The notes below the pieces were generated by a model that had not been told where the DNA came from, searched no databases, and worked only from the letters and a program-made list of their open reading frames with translations. DNA of 64,000 nucleotides from Utricularia gibba (lineage: Eukaryota; Plantae; Magnoliophyta). The stretch lies in contig NEEC01000136.1 in the NCBI GenBank assembly GCA_002189035.1, positions 25,330 through 89,329 on the forward strand, given 5' to 3'. Within the stretch, counting starts at the first letter, position 1, and each line of letters starts with the position of its first letter. Positions 11,496 through 24,480 of this stretch are shown here, one piece after another. The position numbers and the translations under genes were made by a program.

Positions 11496-14400
11496 GTGAT
11501 GCATTTATCAACGTTGGGTTTTCGGCGGCTGCCTAAATGGTTTTTCAAGAACAGCTTGCCGTTTTAAGGCGGGTGGTGTCGTTGGCAGCTTTGTAAGGGC
11601 CCAAGGTTTGGTCTGGCTCCTGAGCCCAATCGGGTCCTACTCGATGAAAATCGTGATGCATTTAATGAAGTTAGGATGTCATGAGCGCCCCAAATGGTTT
11701 TCTCAACAACCTGATTTATATTTGACGAGGTGCTCTAGGCTGGCACTAGTATCGAGCAAATGGTCGAGTCGCGCTCTGGCCCATAGTCATTGTAGCCCGG
11801 CCAAAAAAGTGATGCATTTATTAACGTTGGGTTTTCGGCGGCTGCCTACATGCTTTTTCAAGGAAAAGTTGTCGTTTTTTGGCGGGTGCTGTTGTTGGGA
11901 ACTTCGTCCGGACCCAAGGTTCGGTCTGACTTCACAGCACAATAAGGTCCCATTCGACGAAAATCGTGATACCTTTATTGAAGTTAGGATCTCGTGACCA
12001 CCCCAAATGCTTTTTTCAACAGCATGCTATACACTGAGAGGGCGCTTTTGTGGGTCACCGAGATCGGGCCGGAATTCGGGTCGAGCTCGGGCCCAAAGTC
12101 AGCTGTAGCCCGACAAAAGAAGTGATGCATTTATTAACGTTGGGTTGTCGGCGGCTGCCCACATGGTTTTTCAAGCAACAGCTTGCCGTTTTAAGGCGGG
12201 TGCTGTCGTTGGCAGCTTTGTAAGGGCCCAAGGTTCGGTCAGGCTCCTGAGCCAATCGGGTCCTACTCGATGAAAATCGTGATGCATTTGCTTTTGTTAG
12301 GATGTCATGAGAACCCCAATGGGTTTTCTCCACACTCTACTTTATATTTGAGAAGGCGCTCTCGGGGGGTTTTGGGATTGGGCCTGAGGTCGGGTCGGGC
12401 TCACGCCCATAGTCAGTTGTAGCCCGGAAAATAAGTGATGCATTTATCAACGTTGGGTTTTCGGCGGCTGCCTAAATGGTTTTTCAAGCAACAGCTTGCC
12501 GTTTTAAGGCGGGTGCTGTCGTTGGCAGCTTTGTAAGGGCCCAAGGTTTGGTCTGGCTCCTGAGCCCAATCGGGTCCTACTCGATGAAAATCGTGATGCA
12601 TTTAATGAGTTAGGATGTCATGAGCGCCCCAAATGGTTTTCTCAACAACCTGATTTATATTTGACGAGGTGCTCTAGGCTGGCACTAGTATCGAGCAAAT
12701 GGTCGAGTCGCGCTCTGGCCCATAGTCATTTGTAGCCCGGCCAAAAAAGTGATGCATTTATTAACGTTGGGTTTTCGGCGGCTGCCTACATGCTTTTTCA
12801 AGGAAAAGTTGTCGTTTTTTGGCGGGTGCTGTTGTTGGGAACTTCGTCCGGACCCAAGGTTCGGTCTGACTTCACAGCACAATAAGGTCCCATTCGACGA
12901 AAATCGTGATACCTTTATTGAAGTTAGGATCTCATGACCACCCCAAATGCTTTTTTCAACAGCATGCTTTAACTTGAGAAGGCGCTTTTGTGGGTCACCA
13001 GATCGGGCCGGAATTCGGGTCGGGCTTGGGACAAAGTCAGCTGTAGCCCGTCAAAAGAAGTGATGCATTTATTAACGTTGGGTTGTCGGCGGCTGCCCAC
13101 ATGGTTTTTCAAGCAACAGCTTGCCGTTTTAAGGCGGGTGCTGTCGTTGGCAGCTTTGTAAGGCCCAAGGTTCGGTCAGGCTCCTGAGCCCAATCGGGTC
13201 CTACTCGATGAAAATCGTGATGCATTTGCTTTGTTAGGATGTCATGAGAACCCCAATGGGTTTTCTCCACACTCTACTTTATATTTGAGAAGGCGCTCTC
13301 GGGGTTTTGGGATTGGGCCAGAGGTCGGGTCGGGCTCACGCCCATAGTCAGTTGTAGCCCGGAAAATAAGTGATGCATTTATCAACGTTGGGTTTTCGGC
13401 GGCTGCCTAAATGGTTTTTCAAGCAACAGCTTGCCGTTTTAAGGCGGGTGCTGTCGTTGGCAGCTTTGTAAGGGCCCAAGGTTTGGTCTGGCTCCTGAGC
13501 CCAATCGGGTCCTACTCGATGAAAATCGTGATGCATTTAATGAAGTTAGGATGTCATGAGCGCCCCAAATGGTTTTCTCAACAACCTGATTTATATTTGA
13601 CGAGGTGCTCTAGGCTGGCACTAGTATCGAGCAAATGGTCGAGTCGCGCTCTGGCCCATAGTCATTTGTAGCCCGGCCAAAAAAGTGATGCATTTATTAA
13701 CGTTGGGTTTTCGGCGGCTGCCTACATGCTTTTTCAAGGAAAAGTTGTCGTTTTTTGGCGGGTGCTGTTGTTGGGAACTTCGTCCGGACCCAAGGTTCGG
13801 TCTGACTTCACAGCACAATAAGGTCCCATTCGACGAAAATCGTGATACCTTTATTGAAGTTAGGATCTCATGACCACCCAAATGCTTTTTCAACAGCATG
13901 CTTTAAACTTGAGAAGGCGCTTTTGTGGGTCACCCAGATCGGGCCGGAATTCGGGTCGGCTCTGGGGACAAAGTCAGCTGTAGCCGTCAAAAGAAGTGAT
14001 GCATTTATTAACGTTGGGTTGTCGGCGGCTGCCCACATGGTTTTTCAAGCAACAGCTTGCCGTTTTAAGGCGGGTGCTGTCGTTGGCAGCTTTGTAAGGG
14101 CCCAAGGTTCGGTCAGGCTCCTGAGCCAATCGGGTCCTACTCGATGAAAATCGTGATGCATTTGCTTTTGTTAGGATGTCATGAGACCCCAATGGGTTTT
14201 CTCCACACTCTACTTTATATTTGAGAAGGCGCTCTCGGGGGTTTTGGATTGGGCCAGAGGTCGGGTCGGGCTCACGCCCATAGTCAGTTGTAGCCCGGAA
14301 AATAAGTGATGCATTTATCAACGTTGGGTTTTCGGCGGCTGCCTAAATGGTTTTTCAAGCAACAGCTTGCCGTTTTAAGGCGGGTGCTGTCGTTGGCAGC

Positions 14401-17400
14401 TTTGTAAGGGCCCAAGGTTTGGTCTGGCTCCTGAGCCCAATCGGGTCCTACTCGATGAAAATCGTGATGCATTTAATGAAGTTAGGATGTCATGAGCGCC
14501 CCAAATGGTTTTCTCAACAACCTGATTTATATTTGACGAGGTGCTCTAGGCTGGCACTAGTATCGAGCAAATGGTCGAGTCGCGCTCTGGCCCATAGTCA
14601 TTTGTAGCCCGGCCAAAAAAGTGATGCATTTATTAACGTTGGGTTTTCGGCGGCTGCCTACATGCTTTTTCAAGGAAAAGTTGTCGTTTTTTGGCGGGTG
14701 CTGTTGTTGGGAACTTCGTCCGGACCCAAGGTTCGGTCTGACTTCACAGCACAATAAGGTCCCATTCGACGAAAATCGTGATACCTTTATTGAAGTTAGG
14801 ATCTCATGACCACCCCAAATGCTTTTTTCAACAGCATGCTATACACTGAGAAGGCGCTTTTGTGGGTCACCGAGATCGGGCCGGAATTCGGGTCGGCTCG
14901 GGCCCAAAGTCAGCTGTAGCCCGACAAAAGAAGTGATGCATTTATTAACGTTGGGTTGTCGGCGCTGCCCACATGGTTTTTCAAGCAACAGCTTGCCGTT
15001 TTAAGGCGGGTGCTGTCGTTGGCAGCTTTGTAAGGCCCAAGGTTCGGTCAGGCTCCTGAGCCCAATCGGGTCCTACTCGATGAAAATCGTGATGCATTTG
15101 CTTTTGTTAGGATGTCATGAGAACCCCAATGGGTTTTCTCAACACTCTACTTTATATTTGAGAAGGCGCTCTCGGGCCTCGGGTCGGGCTTTAGTCAGTG
15201 TAGCCCGGAAAATAAGTGATGCATTTATCAACGTTGGGTTTTCGGCGGCTGCCGTTTTTCAAGCAACATTAAGGCGGGTGCTGTCGTTGGCCCCAATGAG
15301 CCCAATCGGGTCCTACTCGATGAAAATCGTGATGCATAGGATGTCATGAGAACCCAATGGGTTGAGAAGGCGCTCTCGATTGTCGGGCTCATGCCCATAG
15401 TCAGTTGTACCGGAAAATAAGTGATGCATTTATCAACGTTGGGTTTTCGGCGGCTGCCTAAATGGTTTTTCAAGCAACAGCTTGCCGTTTTAAGGCGGGT
15501 GCTGTCGTTGGCAGCTTTGTAAGGGCCCAAGGTTTGGTCTGGCTCCTGAGCCCAATCGGGTCCTACTCGATGAAAATCGTGATGCATTTAATGAGTTAGG
15601 ATGTCATGCGCCCAAATGGTTTTCTCAACAACCTGATTTATATTTGACGAGGTGCTCTAGGCTGGCACTAGTATCGAGCAAATGGTCGAGTCGCGCTCTG
15701 GCCCATAGTCATTTGTAGCCCGGCCAAAAAAGTGATGCATTTATTAACGTTGGGTTTTCGGCGGCTGCCTACATGCTTTTTCAAGGAAAAGTTGTCGTTT
15801 TTTGGCGGGTGCTGTTGTTGGGAACTTCGTCCGGACCCAAGGTTCGGTCTGACTTCACAGCACAATAAGGTCCCATTCGACGAAAATCGTGATACCTTTA
15901 TTGAAGTTAGGATCTCATGACCACCCAAATGCTTTTTTCAACAGCATGCTATACACTGAGAAGGCGCTTTTGTGGGTCACCGAGATCGGGCCGGAATTCG
16001 GGTCGAGCTCGGGCCCAAAGTCAGCTGTAGCCCGACAAAAGAAGTGATGCATTTATTAACGTTGGGTTGCGGCGGCTGCCCACATGGTTTTTCAAGCAAC
16101 AGCTTGCCGTTTTAAGGCGGGTGCTGTCGTTGGCAGCTTTGTAAGGCCCAAGGTTCGGTCAGGCTCCTGAGCCTAATCGGGTCCTACTCGATGAAAATCG
16201 TGATGCATTTGCTTTTGTTAGGATGTCATGAGAACCCCAATGGGTTTTCTCCACACTCTACTTTATATTTGAGAAGGCGCTCTCGGGGGGTTTGGGATTG
16301 GGCCTGAGGTCGGGTCGGGCTCACGCCCATAGTCAGTTGTAGCCCGGAAAATAAGTGATGCATTTATCAACGTTGGGTTTTCGCGGCTGCCTAAATGGTT
16401 TTTCAAGCAACAGCTTGCCGTTTTAAGGCGGGTGCTGTCGTTGGCAGCTTTGTAAGGGCCCAAGGTTTGGTCTGGCTCCTGAGCCCAATCGGGTCCTACT
16501 CGATGAAAATCGTGATGCATTTAATGATGTTAGGATGTCATGAGCGCCCCAAATGGTTTTCTCAACAACCTGATTTATATTTGACGAGGTGCTCTAGGCT
16601 GGCACTAGTATCGAGCAAATGGTCGAGTCGCGCTCTGGCCCATAGTCATTTGTAGCCCGGCCAAAAAAGTGATGCATTTATTAACGTTGGGTTTTCGGCG
16701 GCTGCCTACATGCTTTTTCAAGGAAAAGTTGTCGTTTTTTGGCGGGTGCTGTTGTTGGGAACTTCGTCCGGACCCAAGGTTCGGTCTGACTTCACAGCAC
16801 AATAAGGTCCCATTCGACGAAAATCGTGATACCTTTATTGAAGTTAGGATCTCATGACCACCCCAAATGCTTTTTTCAACAGCATGCTTTAAACTTGAGA
16901 AGGCGCTTTTGTGGGTCACCCAGATCGGGCCGGAATTCGGGTCGGGCTCGGGGACAAAGTCAGCTGTAGCCCGTCAAAAGAAGTGATGCATTTATTAACG
17001 TTGGGTTGTCGGCGGCTGCCCACATGGTTTTTCAAGCAACAGCTTGCCGTTTTAAGGCGGGTGCTGTCGTTGGCAGCTTTGTAAGGGCCCAAGGTTCGGT
17101 CAGGCTCCTGAGCCTAATCGGGTCCTACTCGATGAAAATCGTGATGCATTTGCTTTTGTTAGGATGTCATGAGAACCCCAATGGGTTTTCTCCACACTCT
17201 ACTTTATATTTGAGAAGGCGCTCTCGGGGGTTTGGGATTGGGCCAGAGGTCGGGTCGGGCTCACGCCCATAGTCAGTTGTAGCCCGGAAAATAAGTGATG
17301 CATTTATCAACGTTGGGTTTTCGGCGGCTGCCTAAATGGTTTTTCAAGCAACAGCTTGCCGTTTTAAGGCGGGTGCTGTCGTTGGCAGCTTTGTAAGGGC

Positions 17401-20400
17401 CCAAGGTTTGGTCTGGCTCCTGAGCCCAATCGGGTCCTACTCGATGAAAATCGTGATGCATTTAATGAAGTTAGGATGTCATGAGCGCCCCAAATGGTTT
17501 TCTCAACAACCTGATTTATATTTGACGAGGTGCTCTAGGCTGGCACTAGTATCGAGCAAATGGTCGAGTCGCGCTCTGGCCCATAGTCATTTGTAGCCCG
17601 GCCAAAAAAGTGATGCATTTATTAACGTTGGGTTTTCGGCGGCTGCCTACATGCTTTTTCAAGGAAAAGTTGTCGTTTTTTGGCGGGGCTGTTGTTGGGA
17701 ACTTCGTCCGGACCCAAGGTTCGTCTGACTTCACAGCACAATAAGGTCCCATTCGACGAAAATCGTGATACCTTTATTGAAGTTAGGATCTCATGACCAC
17801 CCCAAATGCTTTTTTCAACAGCATGCTATACACTTGAGAAGGCGCTTTTGTGGGTCACCGAGATCGGGCCGGAATTCGGGTCGGGCTCTGGGGACAAAGT
17901 CAGCTGTAGCCCGTCAAAAGAAGTGATGCATTTATTAACGTTGGGTTGTCGGCGCTGCCCACATGGTTTTTCAAGCAACAGCTTGCCGTTTTAAGGCGGG
18001 TGCTGTCGTTGGGCTTTGTAAGGCCCAAGGTTCGGTCAGGCTCCTGAGCCCAATCGGGTCCTACTCGATGAAAATCGTGATGCATTTGCTTTTGTTAGGA
18101 TGTCATGAGAACCCCAATGGGTTTTCTCCACACTCTACTTTATATTTGAGAAGGCGCTCTCGGGGGGTTGGGATTGGGCCAGAGGTCGGGTCGGGCTCAT
18201 GCCCATAGTCAGTTGTAGCCCGGAAAATAAGTGATGCATTTATCAACGTTGGGTTTTCGGCGGCTGCCTAAATGGTTTTTCAAGCAACAGCTTGCCGTTT
18301 TAAGGCGGGTGCTGTCGTTGGCAGCTTTGTAAGGGCCCAAGGTTTGGTCTGGCTCCTGAGCCCAATCGGGTCCTACTCGATGAAAATCGTGATGCATTTA
18401 ATGAAGTTAGGATGTCATGAGCGCCCCAAATGGTTTTCTCAACAACCTGATTTATATTTGACGAGGTGCTCTAGGCTGGCACTAGTATCGAGCAAATGGT
18501 CGAGTCGCGCTCTGGCCCATAGTCATTTGTAGCCCGGCCAAAAAAGTGATGCATTTATTAACGTTGGGTTTTCGGCGGCTGCCTACATGCTTTTTCAAGG
18601 AAAAGTTGTCGTTTTTTGGCGGGTGCTGTTGTTGGGAACTTCGTCCGGACCCAAGGTTCGGTCTGACTTCACAGCACAATAAGGTCCCATTCGACGAAAA
18701 TCGTGATACCTTTATTGAAGTTAGGATCTCATGACCACCCCAAATGCTTTTTTCAACAGCATGCTATACACTTGAGAGGCGCTTTTGTGGGTCACCGAGA
18801 TCGGGCCGGAATTCGGGTCGAGCTCGGGCCCAAAGTCAGCTGTAGCCCGACAAAAGAAGTGATGCATTTATTAACGTTGGGTTGTCGGCGGCTGCCCACA
18901 TGGTTTTTCAAGCAACAGCTTGCCGTTTTAAGGCGGGTGCTGTCGTTGGCAGCTTTGTAAGGGCCCAAGGTTCGGTCAGGCTCCTGAGCCAATCGGGTCC
19001 TACTCGATGAAAATCGTGATGCATTTGCTTTTGTTAGGATGTCATGAGAACCCCAATGGGTTTTCTCCACACTCTACTTTATATTTGAGAAGGCGCTCTC
19101 GGGGGGTTTTGGGATTGGGCCAGGTCGGGTCGGGCTCACGCCCATAGTCAGTTGTAGCCCGGAAAATAAGTGATGCATTTATCAACGTTGGGTTTTCGGC
19201 GGCTGCCTAAATGGTTTTTCAAGCAACAGCTTGCCGTTTTAAGGCGGGTGCTGTCGTTGGCAGCTTTGTAAGGGCCCAAGGTTTGGTCTGGCTCCTGAGC
19301 CCAATCGGGTCCTACTCGATGAAAATCGTGATGCATTTAATGAAGTTAGGATGTCATGAGCGCCCCAAATGGTTTTCTCAACAACCTGATTTATATTTGA
19401 CGAGGTGCTCTAGGCTGGCACTAGTATCGAGCAAATGGTCGAGTCGCGCTCTGGCCCATAGTCATTTGTAGCCCGGCCAAAAAAGTGATGCATTTATTAA
19501 CGTTGGGTTTTCGGCGGCTGCCTACATGCTTTTTCAAGGAAAAGTTGTCGTTTTTTGGCGGGTGCTGTTGTTGGGAACTTCGTCCGGACCCAAGGTTCGG
19601 TCTGACTTCACAGCACAATAAGGTCCCATTCGACGAAAATCGTGATACCTTTATTGAAGTTAGGATCTCATGACCACCCCAAATGCTTTTTTCAACAGCA
19701 TGCTTTAAACTTGAGAAGGCGCTTTTGTGGGTCACCGAGATCGGGCCGGAATTCGGGTCGGGCGGGGACAAAGTCAGCTGTAGCCCGACAAAAGAAGTGA
19801 TGCATTTATTAACGTTGGGTTGTCGGCGGCTGCCCACATGGTTTTTCAAGCAACAGCTTGCCGTTTTAAGGCGGGTGCTGTCGTTGGCAGCTTTGTAACC
19901 CAAGGTTCGGTCAGGCTCCTGAGCCCAATCGGGTCCTACTCAAATCGTGATGCATTTGCTTTTGTTAGGATGTCATGAGAACCCCAATGGGTTTTCTCCA
20001 CACTCTACTTTATTTGAGAAGGCGCTCTCGGGGTTTGGGATTGGGCCAGAGGTCGGGTCGGGCTCATGCCCATAGTCAGTTGTAGCCCGGAAAATAAGTG
20101 ATGCATTTATCAACGTTGGGTTTTCGGCGGCTGCCTAAATGGTTTTTCAAGCAACAGCTTGCCGTTTTAAGGCGGGTGCTGTCGTTGGCAGCTTTGTAAG
20201 GGCCCAAGTTTGGTCTGGCTCCTGAGCCCAATCGGGTCCTACTCGATGAAAATCGTGATGCATTTAATGAAGTTAGGATGTCATGAGCGCCCCAAATGGT
20301 TTTCTCAACAACCTGATTTATATTTGACGAGGTGCTCTAGGCTGGCACTAGTATCGAGCAAATGGTCGAGTCGCGCTCTGGCCCATAGTCATTGTAGCCC

Positions 20401-23400
20401 GGCCAAAAAAGTGATGCATTTATTAACGTTGGGTTTTCGGCGGCTGCCTACATGCTTTTTCAAGGAAAAGTTGTCGTTTTTTGGCGGGTGCTGTTGTTGG
20501 GAACTTCGTCCGGACCCAAGGTTCGGTCTGACTTCACAGCACAATAAGGTCCCATTCGACGAAAATCGTGATACCTTTATTGAAGTTAGGATCTCATGAC
20601 CACCCCAAATGCTTTTTTCAACAGCATGCTTTAAACTTGAGAAGGCGCTTTTGTGGGTCACCCAGATCGGGCCGGAATTCGGGTCGGGCTTGGGGACAAA
20701 GTCAGCTGTAGCCCGTCAAAAGAAGTGATGCATTTATTAACGTTGGGTTGTCGGCGGCTGCCCACATGGTTTTTCAAGCAACAGCTTGCCGTTTTAAGGC
20801 GGGTGCTGTCGTTGGCAGCTTTGTAAGGGCCCAAGGTTCGGTCAGGCTCCTGAGCCCAATCGGTCCTACTCGATGAAAATCGTGATGCATTTGCTTTTGT
20901 TAGGATGTCATGAGAACCCCAATGGGTTTTCTCCACACTCTACTTTATATTTGAGAAGGCGCTCTCGGGGGTTGGGATTGGGCCAGAGGTCGGGTCGGGC
21001 TCATGCCCATAGTCAGTTGTAGCCCGGAAAATAAGTGATGCATTTATCAACGTTGGGTTTTCGGCGGCTGCCTAAATGGTTTTTCAAGCAACAGCTTGCC
21101 GTTTTAAGGCGGGTGCTGTCGTTGGCAGCTTTGTAAGGGCCCAAGGTTTGGTCTGGCTCCTGAGCCCAATCGGGTCCTACTCGATGAAAATCGTGATGCA
21201 TTTAATGAGTTAGGATGTCATGAGCGCCCCAAATGGTTTTCTCAACAACCTGATTTATATTTGACGAGGTGCTCTAGGCTGGCACTAGTATCGAGCAAAT
21301 GGTCGAGTCGCGCTCTGGCCCATAGTCATTTGTAGCCCGGCCAAAAAAGTGATGCATTTATTAACGTTGGGTTTTCGGCGGCTGCCTACATGCTTTTTCA
21401 AGGAAAAGTTGTCGTTTTTTGGCGGGTGCTGTTGTTGGGAACTTCGTCCGGACCCAAGGTTCGGTCTGACTTCACAGCACAATAAGGTCCCATTCGACGA
21501 AAATCGTGATACCTTTATTGAAGTTAGGATCTCATGACCACCCCAAATGCTTTTTTCAACAGCATGCTATACACTTGAAGGGCGCTTTTGTGGGTCACCG
21601 AGATCGGGCCGGAATTCGGGTCGAGCTCGGGCCCAAAGTCAGCTGTAGCCCGTCAAAAGAAGTGATGCATTTATTAACGTTGGGTTGTCGGCGGCTGCCC
21701 ACATGGTTTTTCAAGCAACAGCTTGCCGTTTTAAGGCGGGTGCTGTCGTTGGCAGCTTTGTAAGGGCCCAAGGTTCGGTCAGGCTCCTGAGCCAATCGGG
21801 TCCTACTCGATGAAAATCGTGATGCATTTGCTTTTGTTAGGATGTCATGAGAACCCCAATGGGTTTTCTCCACACTCTACTTTATATTTGAGAAGGCGCT
21901 CTCGGGGGTTTTGGATTGGGCCTCGGGTCGGGCTCACGCCCATAGTCAGTTGTAGCCCGGAAAATAAGTGATGCATTTATCAACGTTGGGTTTTCGGCGG
22001 CTGCCTAAATGGTTTTTCAAGCAACAGCTTGCCGTTTTAAGGCGGGTGCTGTCGTTGGCAGCTTTGTAAGGGCCCAAGGTTTGGTCTGGCTCCTGAGCCC
22101 AATCGGGTCCTACTCGATGAAAATCGTGATGCATTTAATGAAGTTAGGATGTCATGAGCGCCCCAAATGGTTTTCTCAACAACCTGATTTATATTTGACG
22201 AGGTGCTCTAGGCTGGCACTAGTATCGAGCAAATGGTCGAGTCGCGCTCTGGCCCATAGTCATTTGTAGCCCGGCCAAAAAAGTGATGCATTTATTAACG
22301 TTGGGTTTTCGGCGGCTGCCTACATGCTTTTTCAAGGAAAAGTTGTCGTTTTTTGGCGGGTGCTGTTGTTGGGAACTTCGTCCGGACCCAAGGTTCGGTC
22401 TGACTTCACAGCACAATAAGGTCCCATTCGACGAAAATCGTGATACCTTTATTGAAGTTAGGATCTCATGACCACCCCAAATGCTTTTTTCAACAGCATG
22501 CTTTAAACTTGAGAAGGCGCTTTTGTGGGTCACCGAGATCGGGCCGGAATTCGGGTCGGGCTGGGACAAAGTCAGCTGTAGCCCGTCAAAAGAAGTGATG
22601 CATTTATTAACGTTGGGTTGTCGGCGGCTGCCCACATGGTTTTTCAAGCAACAGCTTGCCGTTTTAAGGCGGGTGCTGTCGTGGCAGCTTTGTAAGGCCC
22701 AAGGTTCGGTCAGGCTCCTGAGCCAATCGGGTCCTACTCGATGAAAATCGTGATGCATTTGCTTTTGTTAGGATGTCATGAGAACCCCAATGGGTTTTCT
22801 CCACACTCTACTTTATATTTGAGAAGGCGCTCTCGGGGGGTTTTTGGATTGGGCCAGAGGTCGGGTCGGGCTCACGCCCATAGTCAGTTGTAGCCCGGAA
22901 AATAAGTGATGCATTTATCAACGTTGGGTTTCGGCGGCTGCCTAAATGGTTTTTCAAGCAACAGCTTGCCGTTTTAAGGCGGGTGCTGTCGTTGGCAGCT
23001 TTGTAAGGGCCCAAGGTTTGGTCTGGCTCCTGAGCCCAATCGGGTCCTACTCGATGAAAATCGTGATGCATTTAATGAAGTTAGGATGTCATGAGCGCCC
23101 CAAATGGTTTTCTCAACAACCTGATTTATATTTGACGAGGTGCTCTAGGCTGGCACTAGTATCGAGCAAATGGTCGAGTCGCGCTCTGGCCCATAGTCAT
23201 TTGTAGCCCGGCCAAAAAAGTGATGCATTTATTAACGTTGGGTTTTCGGCGGCTGCCTACATGCTTTTTCAAGGAAAAGTTGTCGTTTTTTGGCGGGTGC
23301 TGTTGTTGGGAACTTCGTCCGGACCCAAGGTTCGGTCTGACTTCACAGCACAATAAGGTCCCATTCGACGAAAATCGTGATACCTTTATTGAAGTTAGGA

Positions 23401-23532
23401 TCTCATGACCACCCCAAATGCTTTTTTCAACAGCATGCTATACACTTGAGAAGGCGCTTTTGTGGGTCACCGAGATCGGGCCGGAATTCGGGTCGAGCTC
23501 TGGCCCAAAGTCAGCTGTAGCCCGACAAAGAA
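11496..23532 (+). repeat. Domain 2: 6-monomer (3-dimer) higher-order repeat, ~937-943 bp, ~12 copies; order A2B2-A1'B3-A3B1
   Basis: A2 heads fall at 12749, 13685, 14621, 15732, 16669, ~17607, 18546, 19485, ~20411, 21349, 22283 and 23220, mostly 934-939 bp apart. B3 (ATGCATTTGCTTTTGTTAGG) occurs once per period. The domain marker is GGTTCGGTCAGGCTCC. Confidence 0.95.
18546..19484 (+). repeat. Representative 6-mer HOR unit (939 bp)
   Basis: A2 starts at 18546, B2 at 18703, A1' at 18859, B3 at 19016, A3 at 19170 and B1 at 19328. The next A2 is at 19485. Confidence 0.92.
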
Positions 23533-23749
23533 GTGATGCATTTATTAACGTTGGTTGTCGGCGGCTGCCCACATGGTTTTTCAAGCAACAGCTTGCCGTT
23601 TTAAGGCGGGTGCTGTCGTTGGCAGCTTTGTAAGGGCCCAAGGTTTGGTCTGGCTCCTGAGCCCAATCGGGTCCTACTCGATGAAAATCGTGATGCATTT
23701 AATGAAGTTAGGATGTCATGAGCGCCCCAAATGGTTTTCTCAACAACCT

Positions 23750-24480
23750 GATTTTTATTCGACGAGGTGCTTTAAGCTGGCTCTAGTATCGAGCAAATGG
23801 TCGAGTCGCGCTCTGGCCCACAGTCATTTTGGCCCGGCCAAAAAAGTGATGCATTTATTAACGTTGGGTTTTCGGCGGCTGCCTACATGCTTTTTCAAGG
23901 AAAAGTTGTCGTTTTTTGGCGGGTGCTGTTGTTGGGAACTTCGTCCGGACCCAAGGTTCGGTCTGACTTCACAGCACAATAAGGTCCCATTCGACGAAAA
24001 TCGTGATACCTTTATTGAAGTTAGGATCTCATGACCACCCCAAATGCTTTTTTCAATAGCATGCTATACACTTGAGAAAGCGCTTTTCTGGGTCACCGAG
24101 ATCGGGCCAGAGGTCGGGTCGGGCTCTTGCCCATAGTCAGTTGTAGCCCGGAAAATAAGTCATGCATTTATCAATGTTGGGTTTCCGGCGGCTGCCTAAA
24201 TGGTTTTTCAAGCAATAGCTTGCCGTTCTAAGCGGGTGCTGTCGTTGGCAGCTTTGTAAGGGCCCAAGGTTTGGTCTGGCTCCTGAGCCCAATCGGTCCT
24301 ACTCGATGAAAATCGTGATGCATTTAATGAAGTTAGGATGTCATGAGCGCCCCAAATGGTTTTCTCAACAACCTGATTTATATTTGACGAGTGCTCTAGG
24401 CTGGCACTAGTATCGAACAAATGGTCGAGTCGCGCTCTGGCCCATAGTCATTTGTAGCCCGGCCAAAAAAGTTATGCATT
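23750..24480 (+). repeat. Divergent boundary monomers between the 6-mer and 4-mer domains, including a chimeric B2/B3 monomer
   Basis: There is a cluster of substitutions not seen in the consensus units, such as TTTTATTCGAC, CTTTAAG, CAATAGC, GAGAAAGCG, TCAATGTTGGGTTTCC and TATCGAAC. The B2 head switches to a B3 tail at GGGCC (24104-24108). Confidence 0.85.
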
